The notes: generated by a model not told the origin, from the sequence alone. Shown: positions 9,942 to 20,871, counted from the stretch's first letter. The stretch is 64,000 nt of DNA from Flavobacteriales bacterium UBA6770 (GCA_905181875.1 CAJIZH010000003.1:1098419-1162418); one strand, 5' to 3'. Program-made: numbers and translations.

Positions 9942-12056
9942 TTAATAGAACTTAGTTCTACTATCAGTAATATTTGCAGATTGTTTCAACGCTTCAAATA
10001 CTTCAACATCTACCCTTGTTGCGTAGTTACGTTTGATTTGATCTTGAACAAAAGTTAAATCAGAAGTTTCTGCTGGTTCTCCAATAACATCAAGTCGAAT
10101 TACATAAACGCCATTTTCTCCAATAATTGCTTTGGAGGTCGCGCCTTGTGGCAATCCAAACGCAATTCCTAATACTTTGTTTTCTGGACCTATTCCAGTG
10201 ATTGAGAACATATTGAATAAGATGTCATTCACTGCCTGTATTTCTTTTTCAACATTTTTTGCAGCGTCTTCAATCGTAGCAAAAGAGCCAAGTTTAGCAA
10301 GGATTATTTGAGATTTCTTTTCATTCATTACTCTTTCTCTGACCAAGTCTTCAACTTCCGAAAAGGGCAATATCCCTTTATCCTTGACACTTGTAACGGA
10401 AGCAACAATAAACTGATTTCCCATTTCAAATGGCTCAGAGACCTTACCAACTTCGTTGTCATATGCCCAACGGATAATAGTTCTTGGATTTTCAAGATTA
10501 CCTAAGACCTTGTCACTTTCTTTGATTGTGCTATACTCTAATGATTCGATAGTCTCATTATCAGATAATGCAGTCTCAAAAGCTTCTAAAGTGCTGTTAT
10601 TTATTGAGAACGCACTAGCCTTGTTGTAAGCCTCATCAAAGGTTTCAGCACTAGGACCTACGTAGCGCACAATATTTGCAATTTGAATCTTTTCTTTTTC
10701 TTTAGTTTTATCCGTTATATTAATAATGTGAATCCCAAACTGAGTAGTTACAATTACGATATCTCCTTTTTTAGTTTTAGAATCAAAACAGATATCGTTG
10801 AATTCTTGTACCATTTTACCTTGAGTAAACCAATCTAGATTTCCACCATTCTGAGCCGATCCAAAATCCTGACTGAATTCAGTTGCCATTGCAGAAAAAT
10901 CAGCTCCTTTTTCCAATTGAGCTTTAATACTATCTGCGAGAGATTGCAATAAACTAGTATCAGATTCTGGCTTTAAGGTTAAAAGAACGTGTCGCGCATT
11001 CACAGAATCAGCTACAAACTGAACGCCTGTCTTTTTAGAAATATTGTAGCCATTCTGTAGTAGATATGGTCCAAAAACAGAGTCAATTGGAGCACTAAAC
11101 ACCATTGAATCTAATTCTACAGGAAGTTCATAACGTCCTATAAGTTTGAACGAACGTTGCGGGTCATCTGAGTTTTGGTAAACAAATAATGTATCGTTAG
11201 CAGTGCTGTTGAAGGCACTCATTTGATTTTCTATTTCAATCCTTGAATCGTCAAAATCTTTCGCAGAAGGAGTCACTGAAAAGACAGCCACCTTTGCTCC
11301 ACGCATAGTTTCTTCTTGTTCGAAGTCTTTTTCATTTTTGTGTTTATTATAATAAGATTTCAAGTCACTTTCGTCAATCACTATTTCATCATCCGAAATT
11401 TCCGAATAATTCATACCAGTCCAAGAAAGACTAATCCGCTGATTCTCTTCACTATTTTGAATTTTTGCGGCAAAACTACTTCCTATTAATCCCTCTTTAA
11501 TAAGCTGTGTGTATTTGTTTGAAAGTATATCTAAACGAATAGCTTCTTCGATAGGCAACCAACTGTTTTTTTGATCTCCGGCCATAACATTTTTCACATA
11601 TGCTAATACCTTGTTATTGTCTAGTCTGCCCGTTGCAGGGTTTTGAAACTGTTCGTAAAGAAGGTTAGTTTGAGGGTTGGTAAAGAACTGGTTTAAAACC
11701 GTGTTTTGCTCGTTATTCTTGATTTGATCAAATAACTCCTCAGGAGCTACTGAAAGACCAAGTTTTTCATATTCTTTAAAAAGTACTTTGTTTTGAATAA
11801 AACGATTCCACGCTCTATTTCGCGCATCATTCATTTGCTCTGGAGTAAGCGTTTGGTCTCCTCCAATTTTCCGAACCATTGCCTCGAAGTCAGCGTATTC
11901 TATTTTATCGCCAGCGATTTCACCAACGGTGGTGTCTTGTTTGTTAAACATGTTGTTTCCACTGAATAATTCTCCACCGATAAACAAAACCATCGCTACA
12001 CCAATAGTACCTATTAATAGTCCGGATCTTTTTCTAATGCTATTTATAACAGCCAT
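9942..12056 (-). CDS. periplasmic chaperone / peptidyl-prolyl isomerase, PpiD/SurA-like
   Basis: N-terminal membrane anchor, a long SurA-N-like region, and a parvulin-type rotamase segment (ARHVLL...GGNLDWF...FGIHII). Confidence 0.8.
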   Translation of the reverse strand: MAVINSIRKRSGLLIGTIGVAMVLFIGGELFSGNNMFNKQDTTVGEIAGDKIEYADFEAMVRKIGGDQTLTPEQMNDARNRAWNRFIQNKVLFKEYEKLGLSVAPEELFDQIKNNEQNTVLNQFFTNPQTNLLYEQFQNPATGRLDNNKVLAYVKNVMAGDQKNSWLPIEEAIRLDILSNKYTQLIKEGLIGSSFAAKIQNSEENQRISLSWTGMNYSEISDDEIVIDESDLKSYYNKHKNEKDFEQEETMRGAKVAVFSVTPSAKDFDDSRIEIENQMSAFNSTANDTLFVYQNSDDPQRSFKLIGRYELPVELDSMVFSAPIDSVFGPYLLQNGYNISKKTGVQFVADSVNARHVLLTLKPESDTSLLQSLADSIKAQLEKGADFSAMATEFSQDFGSAQNGGNLDWFTQGKMVQEFNDICFDSKTKKGDIVIVTTQFGIHIINITDKTKEKEKIQIANIVRYVGPSAETFDEAYNKASAFSINNSTLEAFETALSDNETIESLEYSTIKESDKVLGNLENPRTIIRWAYDNEVGKVSEPFEMGNQFIVASVTSVKDKGILPFSEVEDLVRERVMNEKKSQIILAKLGSFATIEDAAKNVEKEIQAVNDILFNMFSITGIGPENKVLGIAFGLPQGATSKAIIGENGVYVIRLDVIGEPAETSDLTFVQDQIKRNYATRVDVEVFEALKQSANITDSRTKFY

Positions 12057-12172
12057 TCTTTTATTTTCTTAAAATTGGATTGCGAATATACAATCTAAAA
12101 TGATTAATGAGATATCTGAAAGATTATCGTAAGTAATTGTTGTTCAGTAAAATAAAACGAATAAAATTAAAT

Positions 12173-13441
12173 TTAAACGTCGGTTTCCACAATACGCAGT
12201 TCAATAAGGTCGATTTTATTTTCTTCAACCATCAGAATTTCAAACTTATAGGGCGCAATATTTACAATTTCACCTTTGTCAGGAATACTTCCCGAAGCAT
12301 TAATTATTAGTCCTCCTAAAGTTTCATATTCATCACTTGTAGGAAGCGTTAAATTGTAGTTTTCATTAAGGTAGTCAATCTCCAGTCTGGCACTAAATTG
12401 ATATCGTGATTCATCAATTACCTTTTCCAGATATCCCTCTTTATCATGCTCATCTTCTATTTCACCGACTAATTCTTCTATAATATCTTCAGTACTTAAA
12501 ATTCCAGCCGTTCCTCCAAATTCATCCAAGACTGCAGCAATACTTCTTTTATTTTTTATCAAAATTGACATTGCTTCACTAGCAGACATTGCTTCAGGTA
12601 TAAGTGATACAGGCAGTAATATGCTCTTAATTGTTTTGGGTTTTTTTAGTAATTCAAACGAATGCACGTAACCAATTATATTGTCGATGTCTTCTCTGAA
12701 AATCATAATTTTACTGAGACCGGTTTCGTTCAAAGTTTTTTTAAGCAGTTCAATTGATTCGTTTTCTTCCAACGCAATGACTTCAGTTCTTGGAATCATA
12801 CATTCACGCACACGCAGCCCAGTAAAATCGAGTGCATTTTGAAAAATTTGCACTTCACTTTCAATTTCTTCTTTATTATGCATCGAATCGGTAGCTTCTT
12901 TAACAAAATGATCTAAGTCTACTTTTCCAAAGCTCACTTTTAATTCTCCGATTTCTTGTTTCATTACTACTCGGATAATCCAATTTGAACAGAACGTGAT
13001 TATTCTCACCAATGGATACATTAGTATGTAAAACAATACCGTAGGTAAAGCGAAAAAGGCAAGTGTTTTGTTTGGGTCAATACGAAAAAGAACTTTGGGT
13101 AAAAATTCTGCAGTGACCAGAATGAGTAGTGTTGAAATAATTGTCTGTAATAGAAAAATTGCAAATGAGTTACTTATCACAAATGCTAAGGGAGGTTCTA
13201 GGATTAAGGCAATAAAAATTCCGTAGATAACTAGCGCAATATTATTTCCAACTAGCATAGTCGAAATAAATGAGCCTTGATTTTTAAGAAAAAATGAATA
13301 GACACGAGCCGAGAGCATGCCTCTCTTTTTTTCCAGTTCAATTTTGAGTTTATTGGAAGAAACAAATGCGATTTCCATTCCTGAAAAAAACGCAGAAAAA
13401 AGAAGAGTAATCATTACAATTAACCAGGGGCTACTTTCCAT
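12173..13441 (-). CDS. CNNM/HlyC-CorC family transporter-like protein (DUF21 + CBS pair + CorC_HlyC)
   Basis: Four N-terminal TM helices, a CBS pair region and a C-terminal CorC-type domain. It could be a GldE paralogue, but no gldD is adjacent, so no symbol is given. Confidence 0.85.
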   Translation of the reverse strand: MESSPWLIVMITLLFSAFFSGMEIAFVSSNKLKIELEKKRGMLSARVYSFFLKNQGSFISTMLVGNNIALVIYGIFIALILEPPLAFVISNSFAIFLLQTIISTLLILVTAEFLPKVLFRIDPNKTLAFFALPTVLFYILMYPLVRIITFCSNWIIRVVMKQEIGELKVSFGKVDLDHFVKEATDSMHNKEEIESEVQIFQNALDFTGLRVRECMIPRTEVIALEENESIELLKKTLNETGLSKIMIFREDIDNIIGYVHSFELLKKPKTIKSILLPVSLIPEAMSASEAMSILIKNKRSIAAVLDEFGGTAGILSTEDIIEELVGEIEDEHDKEGYLEKVIDESRYQFSARLEIDYLNENYNLTLPTSDEYETLGGLIINASGSIPDKGEIVNIAPYKFEILMVEENKIDLIELRIVETDV

Positions 13442-13485
13442 TGATCTTATATGCTGTGTCGAAGATAATAAATCCTTGTGTATTT

Positions 13486-13683
13486 TTAATTATTCTTATT
13501 CATAACAGCATTGTGCCTTCGGCGCAAATAGAAAAGAAATCCTGCAACTAAAGGGAGTAAAAAAATCATATACTCGGGCTCTTCATCAGTAGGTAAAGTG
13601 AAAAAAGTGTACAAAGCAAATGCGGCAGATAGAATGGCTACTGCAAGCCAGACGTATTGCATTATATTATTATATCGCTCCAT
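13486..13683 (-). CDS. small two-TM membrane protein, hypothetical
   Basis: 65-aa ORF with two clear hydrophobic helices, fitted exactly between flanking same-strand genes. Confidence 0.4.
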   Translation of the reverse strand: MERYNNIMQYVWLAVAILSAAFALYTFFTLPTDEEPEYMIFLLPLVAGFLFYLRRRHNAVMNKNN

Positions 13684-13689
13684 GATTTA

Positions 13690-14259
13690 TTATTGAAGGC
13701 TGTCTTCGTCGACAGCAATAGTTCCTTTAATGTTTTTAATTCTATACTTGGTAAACTGCTGGTTTGCTTCTAAACCATCACCATAGATAATCTCGTCAGG
13801 TGTTGTAATTTTTACAAATTCGTCAGTGTAGATTTTTTCTTCTTTCTGCAACCATATTAAATGTTCTGTATTTAAAATGTCATCTTTTCCATTAATCACT
13901 TCTACATTGTGTTTAACTTCTACTCGTTTTTCTTCGGTATAGTTTATAGCATAGTCCGCTGTTAATGTTGACTCTACATTACCTAAGCTGTCGTAAAAGA
14001 ACAAATTTAATCCTTTCGGAAACTCGATATAAGGTGTTTCTAAATTAGTCCAACGTTGCAGTTCTGGAGTAACAATCTTTAATCGAAGTACTGCGCTATC
14101 ACTGTAAATAATGGTAGTATTGATCGAAACTTCTACTGGTTTTGGAGCTATATTTGAAATGTCGGCCAATACATCTTCATCACTTGAGCATCCAATAAAA
14201 AACATAGCCACAACTAAAGTTGCAGCTATATGAGACAATGGTTTTTTAAAATTGCTCAA
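13690..14259 (-). CDS. LptC-like periplasmic LPS-export protein (lipoprotein-anchored)
   Basis: About 190 aa with a lipobox (FFIGCSS) and beta-rich OstA/LptC-like sequence. Its position upstream of the CNNM and ppiD-like genes matches other Bacteroidota. Confidence 0.5.
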   Translation of the reverse strand: MSNFKKPLSHIAATLVVAMFFIGCSSDEDVLADISNIAPKPVEVSINTTIIYSDSAVLRLKIVTPELQRWTNLETPYIEFPKGLNLFFYDSLGNVESTLTADYAINYTEEKRVEVKHNVEVINGKDDILNTEHLIWLQKEEKIYTDEFVKITTPDEIIYGDGLEANQQFTKYRIKNIKGTIAVDEDSLQ

Positions 14260-14270
14260 AGGACGTTATT

Positions 14271-15596
14271 TTAGAAACGAACTTTAGTTGTCTCGTTTAT
14301 CCAACTTCCAACTTTGATTTCATCACCCTCATTTTTTCCAATGAAGAAGCATTCAGATTTTTCTGGATATCTACTTTTAGCTTTCGAAATTTTGTTATTA
14401 GCAATTTCTCTTAAAGAGGGATCTTTTGAGATAGCTGTTTGATACTTATCAACTGCAGCCCAATAACCGGCACCTTTTTCACAAGCATTTTCTCCCCATG
14501 TGTTAGCTCCGCCAAGGTATGCATCACCCAGCATCATGAAAGCATCACCAGAGTTAGGCTCGATCGCTAAAGCTTTTAGTGCTTTTTGTTTAGCGCTGGA
14601 ATATTGTCCAGCACTCAATTGGCATAGTCCAGCTCTAAGTATCGCCTTTACTTTAAATGGAGCGATTTCTTCTTTTTCTTCCATGTTATCAGCAAGTTTG
14701 GACGCCTCTTCGTAGAATGGAATGGCGGTAGAACAATCTTTTTTCTTTACATACCAATTAGCAATACTCCAAGCTGCAACTGCAGAAGGTTCTTTTTCTT
14801 GAAGTTTTTTAGCAACAGTAATATAGAAGTCAACATCGTCGCATTCTTTTGTATTAAGAAGAGAAAGGATTTCTCTAAGTTGCTCTATGTTCTCAGGATC
14901 CTTTTCATATTTTGGAGTAAAAGCTTTTACTAAATCACCACAGTCAGCAACTTGCTTGAAAAACTCCAAAAGGTTATCACCTGTTTTTTTATAATTTTCT
15001 TTGGTTTTTTCTCTTTTACTGTTTTTAACGTTATAATCAGCAATGGCTTTTAGTTTAGGGTACAGGTCGATTAAATCATCTTTAGCGCACAGCTCTTTTT
15101 TAAACATTTTGTACCTAGTCTGATACATATAAACTAAAGCTCCGGCTTCCATATCATTTCCTTGAAGTCGAAGAGACTCCTCGAACATTTGGTAAGCCGC
15201 TTCTACTTCAGTTGGTCTGTGTTGAATCATATCAGCCGCTTTGCGACCTAGAACTAGACCTCGCTCACCAAAATGCTCAACTCTTGCATCATAAACCAGC
15301 ATAAGAGTATCAATCAAAAGCTCTTTAAATACTTTGTCATCTTTCGTTTTTTTGATTTTTTTCTCATAAAGCTTAACCCCTTTTATATAAATTCCTTTGG
15401 AAACCTTTGGGCAATATTTATAAACATTTCTCCAATATGTTAACGATTCATCGTACTGTTTTTGTCTGTAATAATCCTGATATAGAGACAAATTTTTAAT
15501 ACACTCTAGGCTATCTTCTGGTGAAGCACCAAACTTTTGTGCGTTGAGTGCTGTTACGCTTACCAATATTGCAACTGCTAACATTAACTTTTTCAT
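14271..15596 (-). CDS. TPR-repeat protein, secreted
   Basis: Signal peptide followed by repeated A/Y/L-patterned helical repeats. Confidence 0.7.
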   Translation of the reverse strand: MKKLMLAVAILVSVTALNAQKFGASPEDSLECIKNLSLYQDYYRQKQYDESLTYWRNVYKYCPKVSKGIYIKGVKLYEKKIKKTKDDKVFKELLIDTLMLVYDARVEHFGERGLVLGRKAADMIQHRPTEVEAAYQMFEESLRLQGNDMEAGALVYMYQTRYKMFKKELCAKDDLIDLYPKLKAIADYNVKNSKREKTKENYKKTGDNLLEFFKQVADCGDLVKAFTPKYEKDPENIEQLREILSLLNTKECDDVDFYITVAKKLQEKEPSAVAAWSIANWYVKKKDCSTAIPFYEEASKLADNMEEKEEIAPFKVKAILRAGLCQLSAGQYSSAKQKALKALAIEPNSGDAFMMLGDAYLGGANTWGENACEKGAGYWAAVDKYQTAISKDPSLREIANNKISKAKSRYPEKSECFFIGKNEGDEIKVGSWINETTKVRF

Positions 15597-15610
15597 TCTT
15601 CTTCTTCTTT

Positions 15611-16900
15611 TTAATTGTACTTGCTTCTTTTGAACCAGCGGTCGAATTTGTGCGGATTCATTGAAAGACCAATAAACAGGTTTGTGAAATTTTCAGAAAC
15701 TAACGTAGTCCCATCTTGTCCCCTTGAACCAACTTCAATGCCAAAGTTAAAAGTGGACAACATTTTTGTCTTTTGTATAGGAATTCCAATACCCGCCGTT
15801 CCAGAGATTGACTTAAGCTGATTACCTCCAAAATTAAGACGGGTATTTTCATATTTGAATCCACCTCGATACCTAATGCTTTGAAGGAATTTGGCAACTG
15901 CGTCAGTATTAGCAATATACTGAAAACCAGCAGCAATTTGGTTTGAATTTGATAGAGAAACAGGCGTTGCGAGCAATTTCAATTGCGACCATGCTGTTGC
16001 AGAGTACTCGAAGGAAATTATCCAATTGTCTTCAAATTGAATGGCTAATCCAGCACTAATGTCTGTTGGTAATCTTATACTTCCTTTCTGAGTGTTTTCT
16101 AAAACAGTATCTACAATATTATCACTAAGACCTGCTGGTCTATAGGTATACGAAAGTTGTTGATTTGTTGCGAAAATATCAGAGGCGGGTTTAAAGTTCA
16201 ATCCAGCCGATACCCAAGTATCATTTTTTAATTTTCTTTTATATAGTATTCCAAAATCAACTGCTAGATCTTTAATATTCGTCCGATTAATCATTTTAGA
16301 ACTAGTAACAGTAGCGTCATCAACAAAGTCAGTTACCGCTCTTGAGGTTTGTGAAAATCCGAAGTAATAACTTGCCTGAATTCCCAGCATAAGTTGATTC
16401 TCACTATTTTTAATTAGCATTCCTCCAACTCCACCGGAGGCTCTGTTGTATCCGCCTTCCCCTGAATAAGTAAAATTGTAACTGCCTAGCGCAGGGTCTT
16501 CTTGCGGAGTAGTAATATCATATCCTATCTTCGTGTGCGGCCCCATTGAAAAGGCAGCACCAAATCTTTTTCCAATAGGAAATCCAAAAGAAACGCCATT
16601 GATGTATTGGCTTGAAATACTTTGATTAGAACTAGGAGACTCTATATTCAACCAATTCATTGTAAAATCTGCTGCAAAAGTTGGATTACGTAAACCTGCA
16701 AATGAAGCAGAGTTTTTTAAATTTATGTATGCTGGTTCAGATAAGGCGGTTGAAGCCTCGCCCATTGCTTTATAATTGGAAAAGCTAGAGCTGTTAGGGT
16801 CTCCAATTCCATAAAAAGAATACGGAGAGCCTGTAGTGCTTTGAGCTCTAGTTGTAAGAGTGCAAGCAACAATAAGAAACGCTAAAACTAGCTTATTCAT
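15611..16900 (-). CDS. outer-membrane beta-barrel protein (FadL/porin-like), function unknown
   Basis: Signal peptide ending TRAQS, N-terminal SPYSFYGIGD motif, and alternating hydrophobic beta-strand pattern throughout. Confidence 0.55.
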   Translation of the reverse strand: MNKLVLAFLIVACTLTTRAQSTTGSPYSFYGIGDPNSSSFSNYKAMGEASTALSEPAYINLKNSASFAGLRNPTFAADFTMNWLNIESPSSNQSISSQYINGVSFGFPIGKRFGAAFSMGPHTKIGYDITTPQEDPALGSYNFTYSGEGGYNRASGGVGGMLIKNSENQLMLGIQASYYFGFSQTSRAVTDFVDDATVTSSKMINRTNIKDLAVDFGILYKRKLKNDTWVSAGLNFKPASDIFATNQQLSYTYRPAGLSDNIVDTVLENTQKGSIRLPTDISAGLAIQFEDNWIISFEYSATAWSQLKLLATPVSLSNSNQIAAGFQYIANTDAVAKFLQSIRYRGGFKYENTRLNFGGNQLKSISGTAGIGIPIQKTKMLSTFNFGIEVGSRGQDGTTLVSENFTNLFIGLSMNPHKFDRWFKRSKYN

Positions 16901-17636
16901 TAAATATTAAAACTTCGTTCAAACCTTCTAAGGTCAGGTTTGGGCGCGCAAAAATGCTATTTTTTAATGCCTTAGCAAAATGGATGTGATCTCCACCTGT
17001 TAAAACAACTTTTAATTGAGGATATTGCCTGAGGTATTCAGTAATTGTTCCATCGATTTCTTTTTCAATTCCCCACTGGATTCCACTTTGAATAGAAGAG
17101 TTTGTTGTTGTTCCAATTAAATCTGGATTATCTTTTCTTTCTATTAGAGGAAGCTTGGCCGTAAAAACATTTAGTGATTGAAACCGCATATTAACCCCGG
17201 GAGAAATGGAACCACCTAGATAATGTCCCAGTTTTGTTATTATATCGAACTTGATGCATGTGCCTATGTCAATGCATAGCACATGTTCATTTTTAAAAAG
17301 CTGAGATGCACCAATTGCGTTTGCAAGGCGATCTTTTCCCAAAGTTTTAGGAGTTTGGTATAAATTTTCGATTGGAATTTTAGTGTATTCGTCAAAACAA
17401 ACAACTCCATTTTTTGATTCAAGGAGCTTTAAAAGTTCCAGGTTGGTCTTTGTAACACTGCTCAAGATTGTATCACGTATATCATATTTTGTGAACAAGG
17501 ATTTTATCACAGAAGGCATTTCAGCACTAGTATATACTTGTTTTGTTACAAGTTTTCTATCACTAAAAAGCGCGAGTTTTATCTGAGTATTTCCTATGTC
17601 TATGACTAAATTCACTGAAATATTTAATACGGGCAA
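16893..17636 (-). CDS. coaX: type III pantothenate kinase
   Basis: DIGNTQIKLA phosphate-1 motif, GKDR, DIGT and TGG motifs of CoaX. The ORF begins with TTG and the true start is uncertain by a few codons. Confidence 0.85.
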   Translation of the reverse strand: MPVLNISVNLVIDIGNTQIKLALFSDRKLVTKQVYTSAEMPSVIKSLFTKYDIRDTILSSVTKTNLELLKLLESKNGVVCFDEYTKIPIENLYQTPKTLGKDRLANAIGASQLFKNEHVLCIDIGTCIKFDIITKLGHYLGGSISPGVNMRFQSLNVFTAKLPLIERKDNPDLIGTTTNSSIQSGIQWGIEKEIDGTITEYLRQYPQLKVVLTGGDHIHFAKALKNSIFARPNLTLEGLNEVLIFNE

Positions 17637-17711
17637 AAGTAGGCTTAAGCAAGTATTGATGATAGAATATCTAATTGTTTAAATTCATTGATAATAGTAT
17701 ATATTTTTATA

Positions 17712-17719
17712 TAAATTTG
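17712..17719 (+). promoter_or_regulatory. candidate -7 box (TAAATTTG) for tRNA-Phe
   Basis: Matches TAnnTTTG, 13 nt upstream of the mature tRNA 5' end. A TTG lies about 21 nt further upstream at 17688-17690. Confidence 0.5.
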
Positions 17720-17732
17720 CCGCCCACAAAAC

Positions 17733-17805
17733 GGTGCCTTAGCTCAGTTGGTAGAGCACAGGACTGAAAATCCTGGTGTCCCTGGTTCGATTCCTGGAGG
17801 CACCA
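17733..17805 (+). tRNA. tRNA-Phe (anticodon GAA)
   Basis: Cloverleaf read by hand. Acceptor GGTGCCT pairs with AGGCACC, D-arm AGCTCAGTTGGTAGAGC, anticodon loop CTGAAAA, T-arm GGTTCGATTCC. CCA is not encoded. Confidence 0.95.
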
Positions 17806-17810
17806 CCGTA

Positions 17811-17843
17811 AAAGCCTCTCATTTTGAGAGGCTTTTTTGTTTT
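17811..17843 (+). terminator. intrinsic terminator after tRNA-Phe
   Basis: 8-bp stem AGCCTCTC/GAGAGGCT, loop ATTTT, then TTTTTGTTTT. Confidence 0.75.
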
Positions 17844-18072
17844 CTAAGTTCTTTTGGTTTCATGTTGTACAACCTGTAACCCTTATATAATCGGCGTTTC
17901 TTAGACTTAAGACAACGAAAAACAGGTAAATCTCAACAATAATGGAAATGTAAAATTGGAGAGTAAGTCTAGTCCATATAATTTAATCTGGTCTGCCTTA
18001 TTCATGATTAGTGAATAGGCATAGCAGCCAAATAAAAATTAAAAGAGCTAAAAAAGCTCCATGTTTTTTTGT

Positions 18073-19995
18073 TTATCTAATGTTTAACACCGTAAACTCT
18101 ACTCGTCGGTTTTCTTTTCGGCCGTTAGTTGTGTTGTTGTCCGCAATAGGCTTTAAGGCACCGTGACCTTTGCCAACCATCCTTGTTGAAGGTATTCCCT
18201 TTCCTTTAAGATAGTCAATAACAGACTTCACTCTATTCAAAGAAAGCTTATTGTTTGATTGGTCTGGTCCCACATTATCAGTATGTCCACCAAGTTCAAT
18301 TTTCAAACCAGGATTTGTTTTCATCAACTGAAATAGTTTATTCAGCTCAACTTTTGATTTTGGTAAAAGCGTCCACTTACCCGTTTTGAAATAAATATTA
18401 TTTAACTTTACTGTAATTCCCTCAATTATTGGGTCTAAATAAATGTCCATTTTTATGGGATCAATATTATCCATTTCGCTGTATTCAAAAGAGACCGATT
18501 TGAATAAATAACCTCGTGCTTCTGCGTAGAATGCGAAGTCAGAGCCTTCTGCTAGCATCACCATATACTTTCCATCTGAAGGTCTTGACACTACCATTGT
18601 TTTGGTCTGTGCGTCTTCTAAGTTGATTAATTTCATCGTTGCCGCAACTGGCCGTTTTGTGATATTATCATAAACATTTCCGGTAATGTAGTTACTTCGA
18701 TGTCCAAGTTTTAATTCAGGAGGAACTTCAAAGCTCCAGATTCTACTTTGGTTCGCCATAATTGAAGAAACATCATACTCTTCTTTACTAAAATATCCAG
18801 TTTTACCATCTGGAGAAACGCACATAGATAGTTGGTTCAGTTGATCATTAATTGGGTATCCTAAATTACGTGGAGCTTGCCAGTTACCCTCTTCAAGATC
18901 AGCTGCATATAAGTCATATCCGCCAAATCCGATGTGGCCTTTGCTTGCAAAAAACAAAACTTCACCATTTGCGTGAAGAAAAGGGCTTCCTTCGTTCTTT
19001 TCGGTATTTATGATTGCTCCTAAATTTTTTGGAATACTCCAGTTTCCAATTTCATCCTTAATGCTGCTATAAATATCCAATCCACCAATTCCATTAGGAC
19101 GATCAGAAATAAACAATAGAACTCTGCCGTCTGCACTAAGCGTTGGCTGGGCTTCGTAATGTTTTGTATTTATCGTTGAGCCTAGATTTTTTAGTTTAGT
19201 CCAGTTACCATTTTCCAGAGTTGAATAGTATAGATCACAGTTTCCCATGTTTTCGCGACTATTGCCACAATAACTGCAAATTAGGGTGTTTCCATCTGCA
19301 GTAATTGTAGTCGTTCCTTCTCCTTCATGGCTGTTGATTGCACCTTCTAATTTTTCAGCTTCAAGCCAAGAACCAGTTCTTCTAGCAATATAAATATCTT
19401 CATTTTGACTGCCTTTATAACGTCTCGTAAAAATCATCCTGTTTTCATCTCCCGTTAAAACGGGAAAATACTGCAATGCATCTGGATGATTGATACTGGA
19501 ATTCATTAAATATGGGTCAAAGCGCAGAGGTTTCTTGTATGCCGCAGCAGCATATTCAACTGATTTTTTGTCTTTGCTCATTTTGACTTTTTGCTTTTCT
19601 GATAGCTGAGGATGGCTCATTATCTTTTGGTAATAAATTGCTACTGAATCAAATTTGCCTTCAAACTGGTAAAGACTCCTTAAACCACCATAGGCGGAAA
19701 GTCCAGTTTTAGAAATTGAATCAGTAATTAAAATTGATTGATATGCTGTTTTTCGGAGCTTATATTCAGTGCCTGTTTGTGAAAGGGACCGAGCTAATTG
19801 AAGCCATGCAGTGTTGTATGTTGGGTCAGATTTCACTGCTTTTTTGTAGTATGTGATAGCGGATTCCTCATCCATTGCTGATGAGGCCATCATACCCTCT
19901 TTTAGATATTCTTTTGCTTTTTCTGCTTTTTTGCTCTGAGCAAACAGAATAAAAGAAAATAGCAGAGCAAAGGCGATTGTGAAAGCATTTTTCAT
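18073..19995 (-). CDS. OmpA-family protein with N-terminal TPR and TolB-like (PD40) beta-propeller repeats
   Basis: C-terminal OmpA_C motifs (GHTDNVG...NNKLSLNRV...NRRVEF), central repeated PD40-like segments and a signal peptide. Confidence 0.85.
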   Translation of the reverse strand: MKNAFTIAFALLFSFILFAQSKKAEKAKEYLKEGMMASSAMDEESAITYYKKAVKSDPTYNTAWLQLARSLSQTGTEYKLRKTAYQSILITDSISKTGLSAYGGLRSLYQFEGKFDSVAIYYQKIMSHPQLSEKQKVKMSKDKKSVEYAAAAYKKPLRFDPYLMNSSINHPDALQYFPVLTGDENRMIFTRRYKGSQNEDIYIARRTGSWLEAEKLEGAINSHEGEGTTTITADGNTLICSYCGNSRENMGNCDLYYSTLENGNWTKLKNLGSTINTKHYEAQPTLSADGRVLLFISDRPNGIGGLDIYSSIKDEIGNWSIPKNLGAIINTEKNEGSPFLHANGEVLFFASKGHIGFGGYDLYAADLEEGNWQAPRNLGYPINDQLNQLSMCVSPDGKTGYFSKEEYDVSSIMANQSRIWSFEVPPELKLGHRSNYITGNVYDNITKRPVAATMKLINLEDAQTKTMVVSRPSDGKYMVMLAEGSDFAFYAEARGYLFKSVSFEYSEMDNIDPIKMDIYLDPIIEGITVKLNNIYFKTGKWTLLPKSKVELNKLFQLMKTNPGLKIELGGHTDNVGPDQSNNKLSLNRVKSVIDYLKGKGIPSTRMVGKGHGALKPIADNNTTNGRKENRRVEFTVLNIR

Positions 19996-20121
19996 AGCAG
20001 TGAATTTTCCCGAAAGTAGCGGCTTTATACGTTTGTTATTGATCGGAAAAGAGAATTCATTAAAGGATAAGTGTTAATTCAGATTACTACTGAATTAATG
20101 TTTTGGCACTTGAAATACAGT

Positions 20122-20871
20122 CTAAATAAGACTGTAAAGAACTGGTTTACTTGGGCTTGCGTCGTTTTTGAAACTAGCAAAAGAGAGGTTGAGTAAATAT
20201 GTTCCATTTTTTATTTCTTCGGGGACATATATGAGTTCGGTTATCGAGCAATCAAAGCGAGGATTTTTGGGGACATTCCAAAAGGCGTGATGTGCTAATA
20301 ACTTTCCATCATCCGATTCTTTGTCAACGCTCGGGGTATCAATGAGTAAATGTCTGATTCCTCTATTTCGAATTTCTAGAGCCGCCTCTTCGCTAATAAA
20401 TGCTGGGTTCGTGTTACTATATTGCTTATTAATTTTAGAGCTATTGTTTGGTAATGATCTAATTATAATAGCTTCTGGGTTTGGATGATTTTCCAAAGCA
20501 GCTTTAATTTGGCTTTTTGTAATCACGTCATCTCCATCAATTTTTTCAGGTAGAATGGTAACTAGTTCTGCTTTAAAAAAGAATGTCTTGATATGCTCAT
20601 TTACATTATGGACCTCTGGAGTAATGTGTCCTAGACATTCTGTATGCGTACCGTGACCGTGGGGGTTAAATTCAATGTTTCTGAAATTTACTGAACCGCC
20701 TTGATTTACAGCACCTACAAATCCATCACCTTTTACAGGTTCAATTTTTAAGGCATCTAAATACCATGCAGAAACGCTTTCCGAGGAGGGGTGCATTTCA
20801 ATTGAAATATCAATAGGGTCTAATAAATCGACTTTGAAAGTTTCGCCATTATGTTTAATGGCAGCGATCAT
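20122..20871 (-). CDS. putative cyclase-family / arylformamidase-like metal hydrolase
   Basis: His-rich motif NPHGHGTHTECLGH resembles the HxGTHxDxPxH cyclase signature. Its ATG overlaps the nfu-like stop (ATGA). Confidence 0.5.
   Translation of the reverse strand: MIAAIKHNGETFKVDLLDPIDISIEMHPSSESVSAWYLDALKIEPVKGDGFVGAVNQGGSVNFRNIEFNPHGHGTHTECLGHITPEVHNVNEHIKTFFFKAELVTILPEKIDGDDVITKSQIKAALENHPNPEAIIIRSLPNNSSKINKQYSNTNPAFISEEAALEIRNRGIRHLLIDTPSVDKESDDGKLLAHHAFWNVPKNPRFDCSITELIYVPEEIKNGTYLLNLSFASFKNDASPSKPVLYSLI

Noticed and set aside
17806-18072. tRNA-Phe 3' flank as an integration site for a mobile element
   Set aside because: There is no duplicated tRNA 3' end, no integrase or phage genes, and only about 230 bp of spacer before the next core gene.
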